Of a DNA stretch of 64,000 bases, positions 14,076 through 27,063 are shown in pieces. The stretch comes from Octopus vulgaris (Eukaryota). Location of the stretch: positions 8,742,001 through 8,806,000 of the forward strand of contig OX597838.1 in assembly GCA_951406725.2 (NCBI GenBank), given 5' to 3'. The notes under the pieces were generated by a model that saw only the letters and a program-made list of their open reading frames with translations, did not search any database and had not been told where the DNA came from. Every line of letters starts with the position of its first letter. Position 1 is the stretch's first letter. Made by a program: the position numbers and the translations under genes.

Positions 14076-17000
14076 TACAGAGAGAGAGAGAGAGAGACAG
14101 AGAGACAGACAGACAGACAGAGGGAGAGAGAGAGACAGACAGAGACAGAGACAGAGAGAGAGAGACAGACAGACAGAGGGAGAGACAGACAGACAGAGGG
14201 AGAGACAGACAGACAGAGGGAGAGACAGACAGACAGACAGACAAAGGGAGAGACAGACAGACAGACAGACACAGAGAGAAAGAGAGAGAGGCAGGCATAA
14301 TGCATGAAAGGGAGTGGAGTGGGGTGGGGTGAGAAGCACGTTTTGTGGCGTTTGGTGTTCGTTCTACATTTTGGGCAGACGATAGTAAAACTACTTACGG
14401 TTCCAGGACATAGTTGTACTGGCCATCGGCTGATTTCTCCTGCTGGTAGGTCATGTTGTAAGCTATCATGGTGGTGATGAGTTGCCTCAGGCATTCCTTT
14501 TCCCGGTTGCTGTACAGCTGCATGTTCACCTGCAACAGAATGCACCCCCAGGTAAGCATCTCAAGCGCTCTTTAGCAACGCATGTACACGGCTGCATATA
14601 CGCACGCATGCACACACATATATCTGTTTATCTGTATGTGTGTGTGTGTGTGTTTGTCTAGGTGTGTCTGTGTCTATTAATCTGTGTGTGCATGTGTGTA
14701 TATGTGTATACACATATATGTATATGTGTATATGTGTATACACATATATGTATATGTGTATATGTGTATGTGCATGTGAGTGCATGCATGCATGTCTGTT
14801 TATCTGTATGTGTGTGTGTGTGTTTATCTATGTGTGTCTGTGTCTATTAATCTGTGTGTGCATGTGTGTATATGTGTATGTGCGTGTGAGTGCATGCATG
14901 CATGTCTCTTTATCTATGTATGTGCGTGTGTGTTTATCTATGTGTATGTGCCGCACCAAACTCCAATCTGATTTGGCAAGGTTTCTACAGCTGGATGCCC
15001 TTCCTTATGCCACAACTCTCGTGCCGGTGGCACGTAAAAAGCACCAATCCGATCGTGGCCGTTGCCAGCCACCTCTGGCCCCTGTTCCAGTGGCACATAA
15101 AAAGCATCCACTACACTCTTGGAGTGGTTGGCATTAGGAAGAGCATCCAGCTGTAGAATCACTGCCAGATCAGACTGGAGCCTGGTGCAGCCTCCTGGCT
15201 TCTCAGAAATGTCCAACCCATGCTAGCATGGAAAACGGACGTTAAACAATGATGATGATGATGTGGATTCAAATTAATTCCAGATTATCTGCTAGCTTTG
15301 AGGTTTTGGTGATGTGACTGTTTATTTTTTGAATGACATTGTAGGGTCAGTGTGAGAGGTCGGATCTGGCCAGTTCGAAGCTAAAACAGGCAGAGTATTT
15401 GGGTTGGGGATTAAATGGTTGCAGAGATGAAGGTGCAGTTAAACGTGGGGGATACTTACGGGTCTGAGTGCCGGCTGAAGGATGGACATTAGAGGCTGGA
15501 TGACTTCCTGGATAATGGAACTGAAGTGGAGATATTTGCGGACGGACGGGTGGACGTCGGATAAAAGGGAACTGATCAGGTTTTCGGTACGGGTTTTCTT
15601 GAATAACATCTGAAATGGAGAGGAGAGAGGAAAATGAAGATGATGATGATGATGATGATGACAATGGTGGTGACAGATGGAAGAACTATATATATATATA
15701 CACATATGTATATACGCACACACACACACATATATATATATATATACACACATATATATATATATATATACATACACACACACCACTATATATATATATA
15801 TACACACACATATATATATACATATATATATACACACACACCACTATATATATATACATACATATATATATATATACACACACACACTATATATATATAC
15901 ACACACACCACTATATATATATATATATATACACACACACCACTATATATATATATATATACACACACACCACTATATATATATATACACACACACCACT
16001 ATATATATCATCATCATCATCATATATATATATATATATATACATACATATATACATACACACGTACATACATTATAGGCTTCTTTCAGTTTCCATCTAC
16101 TCAATCCACTCACATGGGTTGGGTGGACCGAGGGCTATCATAGCACTCACCCAAGGTGCCACACAGTGGGACTGAACCCAAGACCATATGGCTGGGAAAG
16201 TAAGCTTCCTAAGCACACACCCACGACCGTTTACCCTCAAAACCAAAGGAAAAAAGAACATCCTCAGCCCCCACCCCACCCCCACCACCCCACATACATA
16301 CAAACGTAGACTTACCTCGGTGTTTTGATGAGGGTAGAGTATTTTGGGGTGTGTGTTTGAGGCAAACATGAAGTGAAACACAACGCACAGGTAGGGACGG
16401 TACTGCATCATCGTATAATCTTGGTTCGAATAAATGTAGCAGTTAATCTCGTCGACAAAACCCAACCAATCAAGAGCCATGTTAATCTAACAATTGGAGA
16501 AAGATTAAAAGATTAGCAGAAAGATTAAAAGATTAACAGAACGATTAAAAGATTAACAGAAAGATTAAAAGAATAACAGAAAGATTAAAAGATCAACAGA
16601 AAGATTAAAAGATTAACAGAAAGATTAAAAGATTAACAGAAAGATTAAAAGATTAACAGGAAGATTAAAAGATTAACAGAAAGATTAAAAGATTAACAGA
16701 AAAATTAAAAGATTAACAGGAAGATTAAAAGATTAACAGAAAGATTAAAAGATTAACAGAAAAATTAAAAGATTAACAGAAAGATTAAAAGATTAACAGA
16801 AAGATTAAAAGATTAACAGAAAGATTAAAAGATTAACAGGAAGATTAAAAGATTAACAGAAAGATTAAAAGATTAACAGAAAAATTAAAAGATTAGCAGA
16901 AAGATTAAAAGATTAACAGAAAGATTAAAAGATTAACAGAAATAAATGAATAAAAAAAACACTTTTCCCAAGTTGACCCCCACATGGACAGCCCCACTTC

Positions 17001-20000
17001 TCAAGAAATGGGGGTGAGACATTGAGACAGAGACAGTAGACGAGAGATGAGAAACGGCTCAGTCTTATCTCTTCAAGGTGTGTTAACAACAACAATAAAA
17101 ACAAAACGATGATAAGGGTGAGCAACTTAAACTTACCCCTCCCATTTTCGGGTCCTTAAACTTAACTTCGAGGTAATTTTGAAAGAGGCCGTGTAATATC
17201 TTGTCGAATTCCCCAGCAGCAAAAGTGGACTGCAGAATGTTCTGGAACCTGCAAGAAAGAAGAAGATGATCCACAGAGTGATATGGACTCAACCCAAACA
17301 CATTATTACCATCTCTGGACCAAAACTGATACTAAATAGAGATATTGTCCACCTCTGTCAATGCAGACACCATCAACCAGTGTCGCATAATCAGCTCACT
17401 CAAAAGTACCTTGGATCATAGGGTGACATGCTGTGCTTGAGGAGACCTGTTCAGTCATGCACATCAACATCAACATCAAAATTAAATCAAATGGAAATTG
17501 TAGCTGTGACCTTGACTTGACTTGTCTTGAGACAGCATTCACCCGGGGTGGGTTGAGCTGGCTTCATTCATCCTCAATGCTGCATCTCTCACAAACGCCG
17601 ACCAGACCTGGCGATTTGAGGCTAACGACCAAGTGATCTCCAACCACTCCTTATTCCAGCGGCAAACGCCGTAGCTGCCGTAGATCCCTTCAAATATTCC
17701 TCATGTACAGCTGTGACACCCCATGCTGGTAGCACGTAAAAAGCACCATCCAAACGTGGCCGATGCCAGTGCCGCCTTGGCTGGCTTCCGTGCCGGTGGC
17801 ACATAAAAAGCACCATCCAATCGTGGTCGATGCCAGCTCCTCTGGCCCCTGTGCCGGAGGCATGTAAAAAGCACCCACTACACTCTTGGAGTGGTTGGCG
17901 TTAGGAAGGGCATCCAGCTGTAGAAACACTGCCAGATCAGACTGGGGCCTGGTGCAGCCTCCTGGCTTCGTGGTCCCCAGTTGAACCGTCCAACCCATGC
18001 CAGCATGGAAAACGGACGTTAAACAATGATGATGATGATGACTTGCCCACGCTGGCATGGGTTGGACTGTGTTTAATGATACAGATTTCCTATGACTGGA
18101 TGCCCTTCCTGTCACCAACCTTCACCTGTTTCTGAGCAAGGTAATATTTCCCCCATTGCCAGAGCATGTTCTTGCAGTGGAGGCACATGGCCTAGTGGTT
18201 AGAGCAGCGGACTCGCGGTCAAGGGATCGCGGATCCGAATCACAGACAGGGCAATGTGTGTGTTTATGAGAGAAACACCTAAGCTCCACGCGACTCCGGC
18301 AGAAGGTAATGGCGAAAATTCTGCTGACTCTTTCGCCACAACTTTCTCTCACTCTTTCCTCCTGCATCTTGCAGCTCACCGGCATCCCATCCAGGTAGGG
18401 AACCTATATGCCAAGAAACCGGGAAACCAGCCCTTATGAGCCAGGCATGGCTCGAGAAGGAAAGGAACAAACATTCTTGCAGAATATTGGAAATGACTGA
18501 CAGACATCTGCAACAATCTTGCAAAGACAAGACAAGAAGACACAAACATACAGACACACACACACACACACACACAACAGGCTTCTTTCAGTTTCCTTTT
18601 TGAAATCCAGTCACAAAGCCCTGGTCAACCTGGAACGATAGCAAAAATAAAAACACTTGCTAAAAGGTGGTGCCACACACACTGGAACTGAACCGAAAAC
18701 CATGTGGTTGGTAAACAAACTTCCGAAGCCCACAGCCACACCAGAAACTATATCTCACATCTGGTGGCATCAATCTGTTTCTTTATCCCGCATCTGCTAA
18801 GTCTGGGGTGAACAGCTACAGGGCAATAGGACACGCTGTTGCGTATCTGTGACGAGTCAGTGAGTCATGGATGGAAGCACTCTGTCAGTTACGACGACGA
18901 GGGTTCCGGTTGATCCGAATCAACGGAACAGCCTGCTCGTGAAATTAACGTGTAAGTGGCTGAGCACTCCACAGACACGTGCACCCTTAACGTAGTTCTC
19001 GGGGATATTCAGCGTGACACAGAGAGTGACAAGGCCGGCCCTTTGAAATACAGGTACAACAGAAACAGGAAGTAAGAGTGAGAGAAAGTTGTGGTGAAAG
19101 AGTACAGCAGGGATCACCACCATCCCCTGCCGGAGCCTCGTCGAGCTTTTAGGTGTTTTCGCTCAATAAACACTCACAACACCCGGTCTGGGAATCGAAA
19201 CCGCGATCCTATGACCGCGAGTCCACTGCCCTAACCACTGGGCCATTGAGCCTTCACCAGTGAGTCATAGTGTTGCATCACAGTGGAGAGTCAATGAGTC
19301 ACGATAAAGATTGGAGATGGGTGTTAGAGGGTAGTTCGAGTCATGGTTGGTCGCATGCCAAGGAGTTGAGGTAGCTTTCTTGGACAAACTTACAAAGGAA
19401 TTGCGCAAACAACAGAGAATACAGTAAAGAAATCGGTTGACTTACCGGGCAGTTGGTGTTGTATTGGGCTGGACATTAGTGGCCAAAGTCTGCAGGTCTT
19501 GAACGGTCAAATATTTACTCCTGGAACAGAAAAGGTCTGGTAAATACTACCACTTCGACATACAACAACAATGGGTCTCTCTATGTGGTTGCTCAACTAG
19601 CTAGAAACAGCAACCAAATCTCTGTATGAAATGGAAAAACGTGAAATAAAGTGTCTTGCTCAAGGGCACAACATCTTGCTGGGAATTGAACTCACAACCT
19701 TACACTCGTGAGCTGAATGCCCCTAACCACTACACCATGCACAAGATTAAACTTACAACCTTCTGAAATTCCTGCCATTCCATGTTTTCTCTGCAGACAT
19801 CAACCTTCAGATGTTTAAGCAACAACACTGACCCCTGACCCTTCATTGCTCTCCTCCCTTCATCCCTCTCATTGTGAGTGTTTATTGAGCGAAATCACCT
19901 AAAGCTCCACAAGGCTCTGGCAGGGGCTGGTGGCGATCCCTGCTGTACTCTTTCACCGCAACTTTCCCTCACTCTTTCTTCTGTTGGCCTGCTCGCTTAG

Positions 20001-20102
20001 TCAGTGGGGTGGCGTCATTTGAAGGCTAAAACAATGAGAAGCGCATTGTGACCAGCGATGTGTAACAACATCTGATAGCCTGGTCGTCACGGTGATCACA
20101 GT

Positions 20103-20136
<34 letters not shown>

Positions 20137-22700
20137 TGGAGGCGCAATGGCCCAGTGGTTAGGGCAGCGGACTTGCGGACGTAGGATTCCCAGACCAGGC
20201 GTTGTGAGTGTTTATTGAGCGAAAACACCTAAAGCTCCACGAGGCTCCGGCAGGGGGTGGTGGCGATCCCTGCTGTACCCTTTCGCCACAACTTTCTCTC
20301 ACTCTTTCTTCTGTTGGCCTGCTCGCTTAGCCAGCGGGATGGCGTCATTTGAAGGCTAAAACAATGCAAAGCGCATTGTGACCAGCGATGTGTAGTAACA
20401 TCTGATAGCCTGGTCAATCACGGTGATATATACATATATATATTTAAAGGGTAAGTTTACGAAAATAAACAAAAGACGAAGGCAGGTGGAGTACAAACAA
20501 ACAAATGTATTAGTATAGTGCTCAGGAATAGAAATAGAAAAAGTCTTTTACATTTCGAGCCTATGCTCTTTGACAGAAAGATACACAGAAAAAAACAAGG
20601 AGAGAAAAAAATACGTGTAGGAGCTAACGGTACTTACTTCTTAAGCCGTGGCATCCTGAAGACATCGTACCAAACACTGAATAAGCTGCGTTGGACATCT
20701 TTCTGACCAATGTGCATACTATTGACCAGGCGTAGATTGAACTCTTGTTTCTGGCGTTGTACAAACTGGAAATAAAGACAGAGAGGAGGGTTGGCAGTGG
20801 GGAGGCACAGTGAACAGGAGTTTGTGAGTTGGGGGTGGTGGGCACGGAGACACTGCGGATGGAAGTTGATGAGGGTGGGAGAAATAGTGAAGGTAGGGAA
20901 AATTGTGAGAGTAGGGGTAAGGATCTGTGAGGGTGGGGAAAATCTGTAAAGATGATGGGGGAGGGAAATTGTGAGGGTGGGAGAAACTGAGAGTGGGGTG
21001 GGGGAAATCTGTGAAGGTGGGGAGGGGATCTGCAAAGGTAGGGGGAGGGAATCTGCAGGGGGGGGGGGGAACTGTGAAGATGGGGAGGAAAACTGAGGAT
21101 AGAGAAAACTGATGGGGGTGTTGTGAGGGGGGTGGGGGCAGAATCTATGTGGGGAGGGGTCTATGAGGCAATGGAAAACTGTGAGAGCGAAGGGGAATCT
21201 GTGAGGGTGGGGAGGGGGACTGGCATGAACTCCATCCGATCCATGCCGGCACAGAAAAGCAAACATAAAAACGATGAAGAAGATGATGATGATGATGATA
21301 CCTATTTCTTTATTACCCACAAGGGGCTAAACACAGAGGGGACAAACAAGGAAAGACATAGGTATTAAGTCGATTACATCGACCCCAGTGCGTAACTGGT
21401 ACTTAATTTATCGACCCCGAAAGGATGAAAGGCAAAGTCAACCTCGGCGGAATTTGAACTCACAACGTAACACAGACGAAATACCGCTAAGCATTTCGTC
21501 CAGCGTGCTAACGTTTCTGCCAGCTCACCGCAAATGATGATACCAAAGACTGAATGGAGACATTCCTTCCACAACGCAACGCTCACTCACCTGCAAGGTA
21601 TTCAGACAAGACCGAATATCGTTGTCAGTCTTCTCACAGAGCGCCATTAATGCGTTCATCTCAGCTTTCAATGTTTCCCATCTTGAAACCTAAAAACAAA
21701 ACAAACACCAACCATCGTGAGGAATATGCAATTGGAATCGGTATCGTGATATGCGTGTAAGAGGAAATCAGGTTCTTCCAAGGACCAATGCCTGATTCCG
21801 TCTCAAAGATCTAACCCTTTCGTTACTGTATTTATCTCAAGATGCTCTGTGTTTCTTTCAATTAATTTTAAATATAACAAAGAATTTAGTAAAATAACTT
21901 GGTTATCATCATTCAGCTAGTGTTAGGAACATAAATTGTGACTAAGGTTTGGTGGAAGATTTTAATTCAGAACTTCTGCAAACAAGACATTTGTACTTAC
22001 AGAGCCAGAGGCAGTTTCAGCCAGGTTGGTATCGAAAGGGTTAAGAATTGTTTCTCTATTGTATATTTTAACCGTTTTGTTACCATATTTCTGTTGAGAG
22101 GCTCTGTGTTTCTTTCAATTAATTTTAAATATAACAACGAATTTAGTAAAATAACTTGGTTATCATTCAGCTAGTGTTAGGAACATAAATTGTGACTAAG
22201 GTTTGGTGGAAGATTTTAATTCAAAACTTATGAAAACAAGACATTTGTACTACAGAGCAAGAGCTGGATTCAGCTGGGTTGGTAACGAAAGGGTTAAGGC
22301 AAGTATCAAAGAGTGTTGTTCCAGCATTAAAGTGGGGAACAGGTACAAGCAAAATTGGATTGTGTGGGTAAGAAGTCTGCTTCCAGACTTAAATTTCATT
22401 CAAAGGTGATAGGCATGGGTGGATGGGCGATATGAAACACAGAATTACAGCATTTGAAGTTTCACTTTAATGTGTGTCTGTATGTATGCGTGTGTATATA
22501 GTGAGAGTTTACAAAAACAACAAAAGACAAAGACGGATGTGTAAATAGCAAACAGCTGTATTAGTTTAACGCTCGGGAAGTGAGAAAGTCTTTTACGTTT
22601 CGAGCCTATGCTCTTCAACAGAGAAGAACACTGAAATAAACAGGGAGAGAGAATAGAAAAAGGTTTAGTGGCTAGCAATCTATCATGGCAAATGTGTGTA

Positions 22701-22744
<44 letters not shown>

Positions 22745-24174
22745 TAAGGTAGCTTCCACAACGCAACGCTCACTCACCTGCAAGGTATTCAGACAAGACC
22801 GAATATCGTTGTCAGTCTTCTCACAGAGCGCCATTAATGCGTTCATCTCAGCTTTCAATGTTTCCCATCTTGAAACCTAAAAACAAAACAAACACCAACC
22901 ATCGTGAGGAATATGCAATTGGAATCGGTATCGTGATATGCGTGTAAGAGGAAATCAGGTTCTTCCAAGGACCAATGCCTGATTCCGTCTCAAAGATCTA
23001 ACCCTTTCGTTACTGTATTTATCTCGAGATGCTCTGTGTTTCTTTCAATTAATTTTAAATATAACAAAGAATTTAGTAAAATAACTTGGTTATCATCATT
23101 CAGCTAGTGTTAGGGACATAAATTGTGACTAAGGTTTGGTGGAAGATTTTAATGCAAAACTTATGAAAACAAGGCATTTGTACTACTGAGCCAGAGGCAG
23201 TTTCAGCCAGGTTGGTATCGAAAGGGTTAAGAATTGTTTTTCTATTGTATATTTTAACCGTTTTGTTACCATATTTCTGTTGAGATGCTCTGTGTTGCTT
23301 TCAATTAATTTTAAATATAACAAAGAATTTAGTAAAATAACTTAGTTATCATTCAGCTAGTGTTAGGAACATAAATTGTGACTAAGGTTTGGTGGAAGAT
23401 TTTAATGCAAAACTTATGAAAACAAGGCATTTGCACTACTGAGCCGGAGGCAGTTTCAACCAGGTTGGTATCGAAAGGGTTAAGAATTGTTTTTCTATTG
23501 TATATTTTAACCGTTTTGTTACCATATTTCTGTTGAGATGCTCTGTGTTGCTTTCAATTACTTTAAATATAACAAAGAATTTAGTAAAATAACTTGGTTA
23601 TCATTCAGCTAGTGTTAAGAACATAAATTGTGACTAAGGTTTGGTGGAAACAGGGGACAGTGGGAAGTCCAAGAGAAAAGGAAGTCGGAGGGAAAAAAAT
23701 CACCAACGATCCACTTAGTTACATTTTGATATATATATATATATATAAAAGAAGGAAATGAAGAAAATGCTGGCAAAATAATTTAAGTAAGGGAGAGTGT
23801 ATTTAATTAGGTGAAAGTTCTTTTTACCGGTTGCGCATTTGTTATGCTTATCAAAAGATATTTTTTAAGAGAGATAGAGTTCCTTTCTGATAGATTTTTT
23901 CTCTTATCTGACTTTATGTTGGGTTTGCTGTCTCTTATATGACATATAAGAGACAGCAAACCCAACATAAAGTCAGATAAGAGAAAAATCTATCAGAAAG
24001 GAACTCTATCTCTCTTAAAAATATCTTTTGATAAGCATAACAAATGCGCAACCGTAAAAAGAACTTTCACCTAATTAAATACACTCTCCCTTACTTAAAT
24101 TATTTTGTCAGCATTTTCTTCATTTCCTTTTTTTTTTATATATCACAACTCGTGTTCCACATCTCCTTTTTTAA

Positions 24175-24218
<44 letters not shown>

Positions 24219-26168
24219 GAACAGACAGATAGATATATAGGTGTTACTGTTTCCTTGCCTTTACTTCATGTGGCAGTTGTAAATGAACGTCACTGTCATA
24301 CAAGAGGTGTCATTTGTTTCCAATATTCTATGGATGCATGTCTGGCCAAGGAGGGGCAATATTTACGTTGCTCGGAAACAGGTGAGGGTTGGTCACAGGA
24401 AGGGCATCCGGCTGCAGAAAATTCGCCTCAACAAATTCTGTCCAACCCATAACGAGCATGAAAATAGGACATGAAAACAATGATGATGATGGTGTGTGTG
24501 AGAGAGAGAGACCAACCTGATAAAGTCGTCCTGCCAACCTAGCAGAGTCCGTAGGAGGAAAGGTGAAGACAAGGGCAACAGGTCGCAGCTGTCGGAGTGC
24601 TGGCACATACCTGGATATGACAGAAGACAGACTGACTTTAGAAAACAACAAAACAAATATTCTTAGAGTAAAAAAGAACAAAAAAAAAACAAATGGTTAA
24701 GACATTTTTAGGCCCTGAATGTAAAATCAAAGATAAACAGGTGACATAATCAAAATTAACAATACTCATATCTTGTTAGAAAGAAATATCTCTTTCTCTT
24801 TTATCTTTTTTACTGGTTTCAGTCATTTGGCTGCGGCCATGCTGGAGCACCGCCTTCAGTCAAGCAAATCGACCCCGGGACCCACTCCTTGTAAGCCCAG
24901 TACTTATTCTATCGGTCTCTTTGACACCAGCATTGGTTGTCAAGCAATGCTAGGGAGACAAACACAGACACACAAACACACACACAAGCACATATATATA
25001 TACATATATACGATGGGCTTCTTTCAGTTTCCGTCTACCAAATCCACTCACAAGGCAGTGGTCGGCCCGAGGCTATAGCAGAAGACACTTGCCCAAGATG
25101 CCACGCAGTGGGACTGAACCCAGAACCATGTGGTTTGTAAGCAAGCTACTTACCACACAGCCACTCCTGCGCCTGGAGTTTCTTAAAGAAATCTAAACTG
25201 GAATTTTATAATCCAATATGATTATTTTTTTTCATCAGGTGTAAGAGGGAAACACTGACTGAATCATTACCACATTGGACTAAATGCTTAGAAGCTTTTC
25301 TTTTGGATCCTTACATTCTGGGTTCAAATCCCACCAAGGTTGGCTTTGCCTTTCATCCTTTTGGTTGAACACTGGGGTCAATGTAATCAACTTAGCCCCT
25401 TCCCCACAAAATTTCAGTCCTTGTGCCTATAGCAAAAAAGGATTATTTTCAACAGGTGTGACTTTGAGGTAAGAAGCTTGCTTCCCAACCACATGGTTCT
25501 AGGTTCAGTCCCACCGCGTGGTACCTTAGCCAAGTGTCTTCTACTACAGCCTCACGTTGACCAAAGCCTTGTGAGTGGATTTGATAGATGGAAACTAAAA
25601 GAAGCCTGTTGTGTGTGGGTGTGTGATTTGACTTTGTGTTTGTTACCTACCACAGCTTGACAACCGGTGTTGGTTTGCTTACATCCCTCCAATTTTGCTG
25701 TTTGGACAAAAAAGACCAATCGATTAAGTAACAGGCTTTAAAAGAAGACACAACATCCCTGGGGTCAATTCATTTGACTAAAACCCTTCGAGGTGGTGCC
25801 CCAGCATGGCCACAGTCTAGTGACTGAAACAAGTAAAAGATAATACTAATGGCTTAACATCAAAAATTTTAGGGAATTAACCCCCAGACCTTAAACAAGT
25901 GAGATACTCATTTGTTTTTAATCAATGTTAGAAGTACTCTTAAGTCTTTAGTCATTATTGTTTAGTCTTAAATCAGCCCTGATTGAGTAGACTTAGAAAA
26001 TGTTCAACAGGAGTGGCTGTGTGGTAAGTAGCTTGCTAACCAACCACATGGTTGCGGGTTCAGTCCCACTGCGTGGCATCTTGAGCAAGTGTCTTCTGCT
26101 ATAGCCCCGGGCCGACCAAAGCCTTGTGAGTGGATTTGGTAGACGGAAACTGAAAGAAGCCTGTCGTA

Positions 26169-26231
<63 letters not shown>

Positions 26232-27018
26232 TTGTGTGTCTGTGTTTGTCCCCCTAGCATTGCTTGACAACCGATGCTGGTGTGTTTAAGTCCCCGTCAC
26301 TTAGCGGTTCGGCAAAAGAGACCGATATAATAAGTACTGGGCTTACAAAGAATAAGTCCCGGGGTCGATTTGCTCGACTAAAAGGCGGTGCTCCAGCATG
26401 GCCGCAGTCAAATGACTGAAACAAGTAAAAGAGTAAAAAGAGTAAAAGAGAATGTTGAAAGTTAAGCTTGGATCTTAACAGAAGGAAGAACAGATATTCA
26501 AAGAGCGGCAGAGAAAGAAGAACTAAGATCTTCTTCAGACCGAGAATACACAAGATCTAGACTTACATGTCGTTACAAATACAAATGATCGGTCGAAGTA
26601 ACAATCCTTTTTCTTTCTTTTTTCCCGTTTGTCCCTCTTTGGCCAATTGCAGGAGGACATTGATGGCTGCCTGGAAATGAGAGAGAAACATCAAGAGAGA
26701 GAGAGAGAGATAAACAGTGTCTAGCTAAGAGTAAAACTGAGGTGAAGAATATATTAAGACGGCGAGCTGGCAGAAACGTTAGCACGCTGGGCGAAATGCG
26801 TAGCTGTATTTCGTCCATCTTTACATTCTGAGTTCAAATTCCGCCGAGGTCGACTTTGCCTTTCATCCTTTCGGGGTTGATAAATTAAGTACCAGTTATG
26901 CACTGGGGTCAATGTAATCGAATTAATCCGTTTGTCTGTCCATGTTTGTCCCCTCTGTGTTTAGCCCCTTGTGGGTAGTAAAGGTATTAGGTTGCCCAGA
27001 AAGTTCTGAGTGTATGTA

Positions 27019-27063
<45 letters not shown>

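Noticed and set aside
13649-14545. 298 aa Ser/Leu/Cys ORF
   Set aside because: Out-of-frame overlap with exon 19 plus (CT)/(CTGT) microsatellite.
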